This document shows, piece by piece, positions 12,639 through 25,800 of a DNA stretch of 64,000 nt. Origin of the DNA: Vitrella brassicaformis CCMP3155 (Eukaryota > Protista > Chromerida). The notes under the pieces are model-generated. The model had not been told where the DNA came from. It did no database searches and saw only the letters and a list, made by a program, of their open reading frames with translations. Position 1 is the first letter of the stretch. Every line of letters begins with the position of its first letter. A program made the position numbers and the translations under genes. The DNA lies in the NCBI GenBank assembly GCA_001179505.1, contig CDMY01000850.1, forward strand, positions 124,001 through 188,000, in the 5' to 3' direction.

Positions 12639-15600
12639 TCATCCGTCCGAGTCGTCGTCCCTGTGGCGAGACTTCTTGTGCTTCCGCCGCCGACCGCGGC
12701 GGTCGTCCTCCTCTTCATCCTGTGGTCCAAACCATAGCCAGAAATGTCAGTACTCGGGCTTTACAGTGGGTGGTTGTCTCTGGTGTGTGTGTGTGTGCAG
12801 GTACCTCTGACGCGTCGCCCTTGTCCCGTCTGCGCTTCTTGTCCTTTCGCTTCTTGTGCCGACGGTGACCCCTGCACCGCACCCATCACACACACGTGAG
12901 AGGACAGACAGATGTGTGTGGACTGGCAGTGAGTGTGTGTTTACTCATCGGAGTCTGAATCGTCGTCTCGTTCTCTCCTCACCTGCACACACACAGCGAG
13001 AGAAACACAAACAGTCAGTCACTGCGGAAGCGACCACACATAGACGAGAGAGCAACACGGTAAGGAGAGCAGAGCAGAACAGGTATGAAGGGGCATGACG
13101 CATCGCATCAGTGAGTGAGTGATCCATTGGTCCGTGCACTTGTTTGCTTGCGGGTCAGATTTTGATGCTAAGATCGGTGCCTCGATCGTGGCCAAACGGC
13201 CGCCCACAAACATGATAGCCATGAGGGATACGGGATGTACAGATATGCATCTCTCTGCCCACTCTGTCTGCCTGACCCTCGCTCTCCCGTCCACCACTTG
13301 CTTTACCTGTACCACGTTTCGGTTTCGTGGGCCAGCCACACGACATTCGCTACCACTGCCGCCCCGCCCCCTCACGCCACGCACACACAGGTAGGTGTCA
13401 TGCACCCCCCCTCTCGTCCCCTGCCCACCTTGTCTCGGTCTCTGTCCCTCATGTCGACATCGTCGTCATGCCCACCGTGCCTCTGCTGCTGCCCCTTGCC
13501 GTCATCCTTACTGCTGCCGCTCATGGCCGTCATGCGATGATGGTCCGCGTCGCCACCGCCCTCCCTGTGTGTGCAGTAGTATAAGAATGCGTCGCGCCGG
13601 ATGCGGTCGTCGGGCACCATCTCGATGGCGACCTCGAACTGACCCTGCTTCTTCAGCACAGACATGGCGGCGTCATACGAGATGTCAGTCTGAACGGAAA
13701 AAGACGTCTCGTGTGTGCGATGTGTGTGTGGTCCTCTTCAGTCTTCACACCCACCGGGACGTCACACTCGTCCAGAAGCTCGGCGAAGCGTCTGCGGATC
13801 TTCTTGACCTCTTTCTCCGCATGGCGGGCCCTGAGGAGCGGATAAGGGCAGCAGGGAGGACACGGAGTTTTGTGTGTGTGTGTGTGTGTGTATGTGTGTG
13901 GTTGTTCGGCTCACTCGTCTTTGGTTTTGCGCAGGAGAGACTCGTAGATGAGTTTGGCGTTGACGGCCGACACACCCTTGAAGTCGTCGTGGTCCGCACA
14001 CTCCTCGTGAAACCTGATGAATCGACCGACCCGTGGTGGGTGTGTACCTGCATGTGCTCTGTGTTGTGCTTACGTTTTCCAGTCGGTGTCGGCTTTGATT
14101 TTGAGTTGGGCATCTTCGAGTATCTTGATGACGATGTCCTTCTGGTCCTGATACTCCTCCTGCGAAACGATGCACACACGCAGAGGGAGACAGGTATACA
14201 GCTGGGCTGTTTCATTGCTTCCTCTATCTGCTGGCTTGGCTTCTTCTGACGGTGAGGTCTTCAAGCTTGTCTTCAAACAGGTCGCGAGGCGTCGAGCCGC
14301 CCTGACCGAGCTGATACCAAGTTGCAGCAGGGAGAGAGATGGTGTGGGTGTCCTTCCCTTGGACCGTCTCCCTTGTCCCACCTCCCACCTACCCTACCAT
14401 GTTTCTGTATCGCTCGTCGTCCTTGATGGTGGGCATGAAGTCCTGCCACAGCGTCTTGGCGTTGATGTTGTTCCGAACCACCGACTCCTGAACATACAAT
14501 ACACAAACACCACACCCAACATGCAGACGCCCTCTCTCTCCCTCCCTCCCCGCCTCCGCCCCACCCCACCTCATCCCACCTCGAGCAGCTGGTTGAATGC
14601 GTCCCTGTTCTTCCTCTCCGTCCTGTATGTCTTCTTGCGTTTCTCCTCGTCGGCCTTTCTGTCGTCGGCGGCCACCCAATCGCGCCAGGCGAAGAGTGCG
14701 TCGACCTTGTCGAGCCACTTGAAGTCACAGTCGTCCTTCATCAGCTCAACCACGTCGCGCCAGCGGGTGTCGGCCGTCAGGGTGGGGTGCAGGGAGAATT
14801 TCGATTGCACCTGAGCAGACAGGGGAGAGAGGGGGCACAAGTCATGTCATGTGTAGTGTATGGTGGTTGGTGAGCTGGGTGGTTCTGTGTGTGTAGGTTA
14901 GGGAGGGGATTGAGGGGTGTGGTGTGTGTTAGTGGTACCTTTTCCACGTATTCTTGCCGCTTTGCTCGTCGCTCCTCCCGCTCGGTGCGCTCGTGCTCCT
15001 CCATGAAATCCTGAACACACACACGACAGACGGACAGAGAGACGGACAGAGAGAGAGAGATGGCCACAGAATCACGAAGACGTTGTCAGAGGTAAGTGCG
15101 AGCGCAGTGCAGTGCATGTGTGGGTCGAGTCGGGTCGGTCGGCGGATCAGTGCGAAAGACTAATAATATAATGTGTGGATCGGCTCAGCCAGTGCCCGCA
15201 GGCCTGTCTCGATCAACCAATCCTAGGGATACGCTCATCCCACAGCCGCCTCCCTATCTCTGTCTGCCTCCCCATCCATCCCTGTTTTGCCTTGTGTCTT
15301 GCTGACTGACTGACCTGGAATGCGTCATCCCGCTCGTTCTCCTCGGTGTAGCGCCACCAATCGGACTGGAAATACATCTCGGCGAAGTCCCTGCACACAC
15401 ACACACACACACGGAAGCACATCCAACCGTGGATTCACTCACAGGCGGGTGTGTCTGTCTGTCTGTCTGCACGTTGTCTGCGCGTGTGTGTGTGTCTCCT
15501 GCAGCCGACCTGTATCGGTTGGTTCCCTTGGTCTGCGGCCATTTCTTGATCTCCTCCAGCAGCGTCACGCGCGCCTGAATGAACAAGTGGAAGCCGCACA

Positions 15601-17354
15601 CATGCATACCTCCAGTCACGTGTGTGTGTGTGTGTGTTTGTGCGCAGAGCAGGGGTTGGGCGCTACCTGTTTTCGTTTCTCCCTCTCGAGCTCCTTGGCC
15701 CGCTTCTGCGCCTGGCTGAGGTACTCGGCGAACATCTGCCGCTTCTCACCGGTCGTCAGCTTGGAAAACTGCTTCCGAACCCTGATGTATAGGACATAGG
15801 CCAAGGTAGGGGGAGTTCGACATGCATCGAGCGTCTGTCTGTGGCCTCCCCTCCCCTCTCCCTTCCCTCACCGTTTGTCGTTTTGCAGCAGCTTCGACGC
15901 CTCCTCCCATTTCCATCTGTTCGTCACACCCTTGGAGGTGAACAACTCCTGCACCACACCCACAAACCAACAGGGGCAACCGACCAATTCAGTGCACACC
16001 ACAGCCTCCCTCCCAGCCAGCACAGCAGTTCTAATGGTCTTGCTGTACCGTACCATGAGCGGCTCCCTGGCCTCCTTGGCGTCTCTGTATATCACCAGCC
16101 CCTCATCGTCGCTCTCCTCCTCCTGCTGGGGCGGCTGCTGCGATGCCGATGGTGCGACCATGATGACATCGCCCCTGTCGTCGTCCCTCTGCTGCTGTGC
16201 GATGCCGTTGACCGACGATGAGGGCGGGGGGGAGGGGGAGGGCGATGCCGACGGCGGACGGGCCTTTGGCAGGGATGGGGGCAGCTCGGCGTTTGGGTTC
16301 TCTTTGAGGAGTTTGAGCTCTGGGGGCATCTGCCAGAGGCTCTGCTTGGTCAACGTGTTGTAGTAGTACGTGCGACCGTTGGCTGCTGTGTACTCCTGCA
16401 CACATGCAGGACACGACACGACACTCGCATGACTCGTGGGACTACGTGACGTGTGCGTGTGGCCTGACTGACTGATTGCCTACCCGCCAGGCTGTTTTCT
16501 TCATGAGCAGCCGCTCCTGTGCCGTGAGCATCTCCTCAGGCTTGTCCCAGCGAGACTGCTTCGTCTGATCAATGACACACACACAGATGTTTGTCATACG
16601 TGCAGCATAGCATCGTCTGTCTCCCTTTCTCTCGGGGTGGGTGGTTATGGTACTTACTTTGGTGTTGTGGTAGTACTTGCGCCCATCAGCTGCCGTGTGC
16701 TCCTTCCAGCCATGATCTGGACGCATTGAATGCATTCCCACACACACACATTTAAAATAACTGACCACCCATCCCTCCGTCCATCCATCCAGCTAGCCCC
16801 CCCCCCCAAACTCTCTCTCACCTGGCTCCTCTTCCCCTTCCTCCTTCTTGATCACAACTGGTGCGGCCGGCTGCTGGGACTGAGCACCCTGAATGGTGGT
16901 GCTCGCGCCTGCAGCGCCGGTCTGCGCCACCGCCACATTGGGCGACGGCTGCTGCTGCTGTTGTTGCGCCGCAGTAGCTGTGGCGGCAGGCTGTTGTGTT
17001 GGCGGTGTCATGCCGGGGGGCGCTGCCATGAAGGGCGGCATCATGGGCGGCACAGCCATGCCAGGAAAACCCATACCAGGGTACATGCCTGCAGGCAGGC
17101 AGGCAGGCAGGCAGGCAGGTAGGCAGGCAGCAGAGAGAGAGAGAGAGGGGAGGGACTTGCTGTGTGCTGCCATGTGGGTGTGGGTGTGGGTGAGTGTGAG
17201 TGTGAGTCGTCCTTACCCATCATCATGCCAGGGAAAGGCGGACGCGCACCTGAGAACAAACAAGAGAAACACCGACAGGGCGGCAGTGGTGATGTGCTGA
17301 TTGATCTCTCATCCTTTCATGCCGTGGATCCTCACCTGGCGCGTTGCTCGCCAT
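12639..17354 (-). CDS. PRP40: Pre-mRNA processing factor 40 (U1 snRNP; 2 WW plus multiple FF domains, charged C-tail)
   Basis: WW1 WKEHTAADGRKYYHNTK|TKQSRWDKP; WW2 W|QEYTAANGRTYYYNTLTKQSLWQMP; FF-like repeats ELFTSKGVTNRWKWEEASKLL, FSKLTTGEKRQMFAEYL, TADTRWRDVVELM; R/K/D-rich end. Confidence 0.92.
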
Positions 17355-17603
17355 CGATGTCACTCGCGATCCTCACCTTATCGCCTCTGCGGCACACCAA
17401 CAGCGTCACAAGTCTACTCAGGAGGCACCCACTGCCCCCTTTCCCCTTCCTCTCTTCTTTTGCGAGCTCACCACCTTCGTGAGCTTGCGTTTGTTTGGTG
17501 ACGTTAGCGACGCAAAAAGGACATCAGCTAGCCAGGTGTGCACGTCAAGTCAACGTTCTGCCGAACGACCTGACCGTCGACCCCTCCCTACACAGCAAGC
17601 AAG

Positions 17604-18155
17604 ATGGTAAGCACGGAGAGAGCCACGTGGGGAGCTAGAGAGGGAAGCGAGGGAAGAGCTGAGGTGTAGGGAAAAGGAGGAGCCTGGAAGCGCTCACTCA
17701 GTGTCCCTGTTCAAAGAGAGGCAGCGCTTTGTGTGTTAGAATATCGTGTTGAGGCGTGAACGTGACGCGAAAGCACTTGACAGGCCACCCGCACTGTACT
17801 GTGACGTGTGTGTGTTGTGTGTGTGTTGTGTGATGTATGTCAGCCGGCTCCCCGCAAGCAGCAGCTCAAGTCCTCTCAGTTCGAGAAGAACATCAGCAAG
17901 CGCGGCATGGTGCCGACGAGCAAGGACAAGAAGAACAGGTTCGCCGTCGGACCTGCCGTCCTCGCCGTCTTCCTTTTCGTCGTCGTCGGATCGGGTACGT
18001 CACGTGCCTATAGATAGATAGCTACACCACACCACACCAGCCGACACACGTGACCGTGTTTTTTCTGCTTGCGTGTGCCTGTGTTGTGACCCGTGTCGTG
18101 TTGTGCAGCCGTCCTGCAGATCATCGCATCGGCAACGAGGAACCAGGTGTTCTGA
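17604..18155 (+). CDS. SERP1: Stress-associated ER protein RAMP4/SERP1 (3 exons, first exon ATG only)
   Basis: Spliced product MPAPRKQQLKSSQFEKNISKRGMVPTSKDKKNRFAVGPAVLAVFLFVVVGSAVLQIIASATRNQVF*. This has the RAMP4 pattern (F.KNI.KRG.V...VGP..L.LF.FVV.GSA..QII). Confidence 0.92.
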
Positions 18156-19898
18156 GCCACCGTGATGGCCGTCGTGTGGATAGAGAGGATGCTCTAGCAC
18201 AGCGACGGCGATTTTTACTTAACGATGAATGAAGGGCTTTAGATAGAGGTGTGTGAGTGGACAGGACGGGTGGGGTGATGTGCTGTGCAGGGGGAGGAGG
18301 GAGTGGGCGCAGGGCAGGGCAGGGTACCTAATGCGTACCCCTTGTGTGGGAGAGTGAGCGCGTGTGGGTGCTGTGTTGTGGTGTCGTGGTTGCTGTGGTC
18401 TGTCTGCGGTGGTTGACGCTGGCTGCGTCGCCTGCTAATTAGTGGATGGATGGATGGATGGGACGGATGGGGGCCGCTCAGTGAGCTGAATACGTGACGT
18501 TGATAGCACGCTGTTTGGTGCTTCATCCTCTTGGATTGGTTCGTCAGCTGCTCATCGAGTAAGCCATCGACGGCTTACTTGGTGACCGGCTGAGGGAGAC
18601 ATCTGAGGAAGAGGATGGACACAAATGGTGATGCCTGCCTGCCTGCCTGCCTGCCTTGATGCCTTGATGCATGGCGGGTTGATGAAGCACTGCATTGCTC
18701 GACATATGTGCCACCTTTCCCCACTGCATGTGTGTATTTTTGATGGTCGAGCACAACACATCAGATGAGCGTAGGGCATCCACCCATCCCATCCATCCAT
18801 CCATCCATCTATGTGTGTGTGTGTGTGTGTGTGTCCGCGTGTTGCCTGTATGGTGGGTGTTGCGTGGTGAGGACCCTACCCTGGTCAGAATATGACCTCT
18901 CTCTCCGTGTTTGAATGACCATCAATGTATGTGTGTCCGTTCCTTCGTGCTGTCACCCAACCAGACAATGGCGTCCAGTCCACGCACACACCATACAACG
19001 AGAATGTGTGTGAAAGCAGCTAGCTAGCTAATCCGTCGCACAAGGCTGTGCGTGTGTGGTGTAGAGAGTGGAACCTACCGCTGGTTTGTGTTGTTCACTC
19101 GTGAAATCAAGTCAGGCAGAGAGCCGGAAGGAGTCAGACAGAGTGCACCCACCCACCAAAAGCGTGGCAGAGAGGCAGAGAGGATGGAGAGACAAGAGTG
19201 AAACGAAGAGAAGAGTCAGTCACCGACCGCATAGCATACCACCCAGTCTTTTGATAGAGATCGATGAATAAATGCACTTCAGTACTTTGGCGGGAGGGAC
19301 CCAATCACACACAACCTAGTACTCCATCGGTCAATCGAATCGCCTGACTGACCCTCATGTTAATTGCCATTTAATCCTCCCTCCCTCTTCCAGTGACTGA
19401 GTGCACCAAAAGCACGCGTGGCAGGCAGGCAGGCAGACGGAGAGACAAAAAGAGTCGTCGCATCGCATCGTATCGCATCGCATCGCAGAAAGAACCGACA
19501 TTTAGAGTCTTGGAACGCCCCGCCCCGCCCCAGGTGCGTGCACTCTTTGTAGCTATCTAGCTACATATGATTCTCTCTCTCTGTGTATTGACGTCACGTG
19601 TCTATATATTCGGTATTGACGGTACAGAGCTGCCGTGCGCACAAATACACGATGCAATGGCCCCACCCCACCCGCCACACGCAATGCAACCCACCCATCA
19701 CATCGCCTCGCCTCGCCTCAATTCGTGGGGGTACCAATCGGCCGACCAATAAACTCATGGATGAACCAAACGCAAAAAGACAGAGAGTCTTCAAACGGCC
19801 CAAAATCCGTCAGGCAGGCAGGCAGGCACCCCTGACATGTCGGAAAATGCGATAGATAGCGCGCGTCACATCCATCGACACGCTGACACCGTTTGGTC

Positions 19899-22800
19899 TC
19901 ATTGAGGATTGAGCACACGACGGATGAATGACCTGATGACGGCAAAGTCGCCGATGCCCTTAAAGATGACCTCCCTGGCCGCATCGATCATTTTGGCCTC
20001 CACCATGGCCTCCTCGGATGCGTCGCTGTCTTGGGGCGGCTCCACCATGAGCAGCATGCTCGATCCAGATATGTGCAGCTGCACAAAACACAACAACGAC
20101 ACAGAGAGGGGCAACGCACACGTAAACCTGATGTACCCTCATCCCATCCTTGGCTGTCGTGTCAGTCGGTCACTCACCTCTTTGGTTCTCTTGATGACTT
20201 CGTGCAGTCTGTCTCCATGTCTCTGCTTCTTGTCGTCAGTCATCCTGCCCATCTGCTCCTCAATCGCAGACACCAGATCGGCAGAGTCCCACGACCGGGC
20301 AGCAGGATGGCCTCCCTCTCTCTGTCCACCACCACCACCGCCACCGGGCGGCCACTGGATGGACTGCTGCCGCTTGAGTGACCGGAGGAAGGACCGCAGC
20401 TGGGAGATGATGACCAGCGCGATGCCCTTCTGCAGGCCCAGCTCGCGGCGGATGTCCTCACAGGCATCCACGCTGCCGATGTTCTCCAGCATGTCTAGCA
20501 GACTCACGGCCGAGGTAATGTCCAACGCCTGCAAACACCATACGCCACCCATCCGCCTTGCTGTTTATGTGCATTCATTGTGTTGTGGTGACCTACCTAC
20601 CTCGATCTTGTCGGCAACGTGTTGCATGTCGGGTCGTGGGTCGGCCTTGAGCAGCTCAACCAGCTGCTCCCTCGTCAAGGCATCAAACGCAACGCCCTTG
20701 CCGCCACCCCCACCACCACCACCACCCTGCCCCTCCTTGACGGCATCCCCCACCACACTACCGCCCCGACCGCTGCCCATGTTGGGGTCCCGCTGTCGCT
20801 GAGGGACCTGCGGGTCGCGTGATGACATGCTCGCACCCATATCACCACTCCCACGACTCGGTGGCTTGCTGGCCTTCTTGGGTGCTGGTGGCTTCGGTCC
20901 TCTCTCGGCATCCAGCCGCGCGACGAATCGCTTGGCCGCCTCCAGGGTGCCCTCGTCATCGCCGCGACCCACGATCACAGGCACCTCTTTCCGCAGAAAG
21001 GTCTTGATGGCCGTGATGCTGCGGTTCGGGAAGGCCGCGAGGATCTCGCCCGCGTCGTTGCCCACCGTCGCAAACAGCCGACAGAAGGCCAGCCGATCAG
21101 CCTGTGTCCACTCCTGCTCCTGGTCGTCACCGTCCTCCATATCCTCTCGCTCTCGGCGCCGTGCCCATGCCGCATCGATGGCTGCCTCCATGGCTTGCTC
21201 CGTGGGGGCAGAGAGGGGGAAGGTCTCCACAGCAGCCGTGCCAGGGATGACCAGCTCGATGGCAACCCGCATCAGCCCCTGCCCCGCCTGCTCTCGCCTC
21301 AGCCTCAGGCAAAGGGCCCTGCTGTGCTTGGAGTCTGCGAATCTCTCGAGCTTGTTGTGGAAGATGCGATGCAGCTCCGTGAGTTGGGCGGGCGTCAGTG
21401 GAGGGCCGGTGAGGGGCGGCTGCTGGACCACCTCATTGGCGGCCTTGGGGGGAGGGGACGGCTGCTGCTTCTCTGGGCGGCGTTTGTCAGACTTGAGTCG
21501 CTTAGGGGTGGGCCTCATGTTGTCCTCGGACGAGGAGGAAGACGAGCTGCTGTCTTGGTGGTCGTCACGCGGTGGCTCGTGCATGGCGTCATCTCCCTCG
21601 GCCTCCTCTTCCTCCTCCTGGATACGTTTGAGCCAACTGGCGTCAATCATGACCGCCCTATCTCCCAGCTGCGACCCAAAAAACGCGTTGCGATGCTGGA
21701 TGGCCTGGTGAAGTGCCTCGAAGACTTCGCAGCGGGAATTGATGTCACTGACGATGAAGCGACGCCCGGAGGTGGTAGCTTGGGACGAGTAGTAGGTGCA
21801 GAAACTCCGAGAGGCCTTGTTCCATGTGATGCCCAGCCTGAGGAGGGGAAGCAAAACATCCAATCCAGACAATGACAGCCCGGTGCCCCTCGCCTCGTCC
21901 TTGGTCGCGTGTCCATGGCTGCTTACCCCCCGCTGCCACAGGTCCGCACGCCCCCCAGCTGCTGCTCTCGAATGCGCTGCAGCAAGGCCAGTGCCAGCCG
22001 CTTCCCCTCAAGGCCAGACAAGTCGACCACATCCCGCCCGCCGACAGGACCCCCGCCACTGCCTCTGCGACCTCGGCGGGTCATGGGGGGCAGCACACGG
22101 TCATCATCATCGTCATCACTTGTGTCCATCTGACGGCCCTCCGGCGATGGCGTCAACCGCTTGTGGCGCTTCAGACGGGGAGTGGCCAAAGGAGGGTCGT
22201 CGCCCATTGTTTCCTCCTCGCCTTGTAGCTGATGGAGCCAGTCCAGCTTGACGACTGTTGCTCGATCTCCCAGCTTGTCGCGATGGAGGCGGTTGCGGTG
22301 TGTGACGGCACGACGGAAAGCATCGATGATGGCCCCACGGGAGCTTAGGTCCGCGATTTTGAACAGCTCCTGCTGCGCGGTGTTGGAGAAGTAGGCTGCG
22401 AAAGCGCCACAGTACCACGTGAGGCCAAGTCTGCACACATACACATACACACGCACAGACACATGGCCCGACAGCTGATCTTCCCGTCGATTCCACCCTC
22501 TCAGACCTTACCCGCCGCTGCCATATTTCCTGAAGCCGTCCTCCCGCTCTTGTCGCGCCCGCTGAAGCAGAGATCTCGCAAAGGCATGCGCCGACTGCAG
22601 TGCCACCTGCGGCATCCCACGGCCCCTGACTCCACGAGCTGGCACACGGGCTGGGCGACGTTGCGGCGCGTTGCGGTGGCTGCTCCAGTAGTTGCCATCC
22701 AGGCCACGCTCGTCCCGATGCGCTGGGCTGGCACCGTCGAAGCGGTCCTCGTCGGATGAAAGACCATGACCATCTGATCCATCAGCATCGTCAGCACCTG

Positions 22801-25800
22801 CCGCCGATGCACGGCGCCCTCTCTCCAGAGCTTGGATGGCGGCCTGCATGGCACCGTTGTAGCCCAGCTGTGCGACCGAGAAGCGCCGGGCCTTCCTTTG
22901 GCCGCCCTGCTGCCAGCGGGCGAGCCACATGTTGTTTCCCTGATTGAAAGTGACGCCCCTCACGCCGCTCTGATGCTGTGATCGCACCTTCTGCCCCGCC
23001 CGCCCGGTGCGCTCCATCTCGCGACGATGGTGCTCTGCCAGCGCCTGGGAGCTCAATGGAAGAACAGGACAGCGTGCAATCCAGTTCAATGACGAATTGT
23101 CTTGCCTCGCCCTTTATACCTTTGCCTTGTTGAAGCCATGCTCGCTGATGTAGAAGTACTTGCTCTTCTGCCCGCCACCCTTCTCCGACCAATGCGCCAT
23201 CCAGGCCTGGTCCTGTTCATACCAACACACACCCACCACATCCGACTGGTGTGCGGCAGGACTGTGCGGCAGGCCGTGGGGCCTCGCCGATCGGCCATAT
23301 GGGGGGGCTGAAGGGCCGCTGCTGGCCTCTGCGTCTCTGTGGCGATGTTTGCGGGGTGGGCTGTCATCGAACGACTCGTCACGCGCCGACGGCCCTGCCT
23401 GTCTGAGCCACGAGATGTCGAGAGTCGTTGCCTGGTCACCGAGGAGGGAGCGGTGAAGGGCGTTCCGGCGGTGGACGGCCCGCTCGAATGTCTTGATGAT
23501 GTCCTCGGGAGAAGCCATGTCGGTGGGCTTGAAAGACTTGATGCGGACGTCGGTGCGATGGTCACAAAGGTAGGTCTGAAAGGCACGATTACTGCGGTTC
23601 CAGAAGATACCGCGCCTGAAGAATGCACACCCAACCCACCATACACAGTGACTTGTTGCCCGTTCCCCCCGCAGCTTGCTTCCTCCTCACCCGCCTCTGC
23701 CGTATGTGCTGAAATCGCTTGGCTGCTCCTGAGTGAGTCGCTCAAGGAGGGCTCTCGCCAACGCCTCGTCGGTCAGCCCACTGAGGCGGGTCTTCTCCCG
23801 CGATCGTTTGCCGCCAAAGATGTTCCGCTTTGAAGCAGGACTCGGATGCAGATCACGGCGGGGCTGCACGGACGGAATGTCACGCGGCCGCATGCGAATG
23901 GGGGGACGGGAAGCAGGGAGGTGGTCGTCTGGCCATTCCTTGTCGGAGTCGAGCCAGCTGATGTCGATCATGGCGGCTCGGCGGCCCAGCGCCGCTTTGT
24001 AGATCTCGTTGCGGCGTTGAACACACCGGCGAAACGCATCGATGATGTCAGCACGACTGACGACACGATGAAGGCCGAAGTAACCCGACAGAAACCCCCG
24101 ATTCCCTCGATTCATTTGGGCGTGAAAGCCATAAGTGGATCGCTTGCTGGAGGAGAATGAAACACCAACCCTGATTGAAAGAAAGGGACGCAATAAGATA
24201 CTGTTGTATGACACTATAGGGCTTGTCTTACCCGCCCCTGCCGTTCCGTGGGTGCACCTCCGGCTGCTCTTGACTGATACGGCGGACAAGTCGACGCCCC
24301 AACTCCTCGACCTCGGAGGGACGCATTGGGTCCGTGCTGCAGTGACCGACCTCACGCTGGCCATCGAGTGCCTCATCACGGTCACTTCCCAGCTCCTCCC
24401 CGTCGAGCCACGAGATGTCGACAGGGGTCGCATGGTCACCGAACCGGCTCTGCCAGAGGCCGTTGCGCTTCTCGACGGCCTCGCGAAACGCGCGGATGAT
24501 GTCGTCATTGGAATCGAGGTTCGCGACGGTGGTGAGTTGATGGTAGGTGCCGTTGACGAAGGCAGCGAAATCCCGCACACTGCGGACCCACACCATGCAC
24601 AACCTGAACACACACCCGATGCAGCATGGATGTGAGTATTCTTTGTGACCGGTCTCCTGTGTCCTCTGTGTCCTACTCACCGGCCCTTTGTCTGGTGTTG
24701 CTCGCGAGCACGGTCAATGAGGGCATTTGCCAGCGCACTGCCTGACAGGCCAGAGAGGCCGGTCCTCTGGTGTGTGCTGATTGAGTTGCGACCATCGACA
24801 CCTCCATCGCCATCGAACGCAGGTGGTCCCCTCTCCTTCACCGGTCCCCCGCTGCGACGCCGACGACTCTTCACGGGCGGACCCATGCCCTTCCGATGGC
24901 CCTCGTCCGCTGCCTGGCGCAAGTTGATGTGCCGGAGGTCGATCGTCGCCCCCTCGCCATGGTGGGCACGGAGGATGCTGTTGAAGTGCTGACAAGCTTG
25001 GGCAAAGGCCATGAGGAGTTGCTGCCGGGACGTCATGTCCGCCACGGGGAAGACACGCTCGGCCCGCCTGCCGGTATCATCCTCAGAGCGGTAGGCAACG
25101 AACTGCCGCTCGTGGGGGCGCCACTCCAGACCAATACTGCAAAAGACATTGATACGTGGGACAGCAAATTGAGCGTTCGTCCTCCATCCATCAAGCACAC
25201 GTTTTGCCCACCCACCTGTCGGCATCGCCGTTGAGCTGCTTCTTGGCCTGCCTCACCAAGAGGCTCGCCAGCGCCAGGCCATCCTCCTCACTCAACGGAG
25301 GCCGCACAGACTGCCGTCCTCTCTTCTCGGACCCATCATGTGGGCGCTTGACGCCGTGCGGGCAGTGGTCGGGTTGCTGATCGTCTTGCATCATCCCGCG
25401 TCGGCGTGTGCTGGAGTGGCGGCGATGTCGGGGCAGCCGTATGGAGAGAGGCATGTTGTCGTCGAGCCAGCCGATGGACAGCGGGACTGAGTCTTTTCCC
25501 AGATGAGTGGAGTGGAGCTGGTTGCGCTGTTGCACCGCCTGACGGAAAGCGGCCAGGATGTGCTGCTGGGATGGGGGTTCTGCCACGGGGACGTCCAGGA
25601 CGTACTGCCGGCCGTCTTCATAGGGGGACCGCACGAACACACGGAAGGAGCCAGATGACCAGCACAAACCGTACCTGAAGCAAGGAAGCAAGACGCAGGC
25701 AGGCACCAGGGGGTTTTCAATCAGTGAGTGGGTCTATATCGTCTCATGCGTGAGCGTTTCTTACCCTTCGCTGTTGCCATCTGCGAGTTGTGGGTGCTCC

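Noticed and set aside
18200-19890. 1.7 kb gene-free interval with short ORFs and (GCATC)n, (TAGC)n runs
   Set aside because: Convergent 3' UTR/intergenic DNA with simple repeats; no coding or structured-RNA signal recognised.
19909-21875. Long plus-strand ORFs (297, 294, 226 aa)
   Set aside because: Antisense shadows of GC-rich minus-strand exons of the multi-AP2 gene.
23086-23119. Apparent 14-nt micro-intron (gtataaagggcgag) in the AP2 domain
   Set aside because: The downstream acceptor at 23045-23046 restores the canonical AP2 helix (KAK|ALAEHHRREME) with a normal ~75 nt intron.
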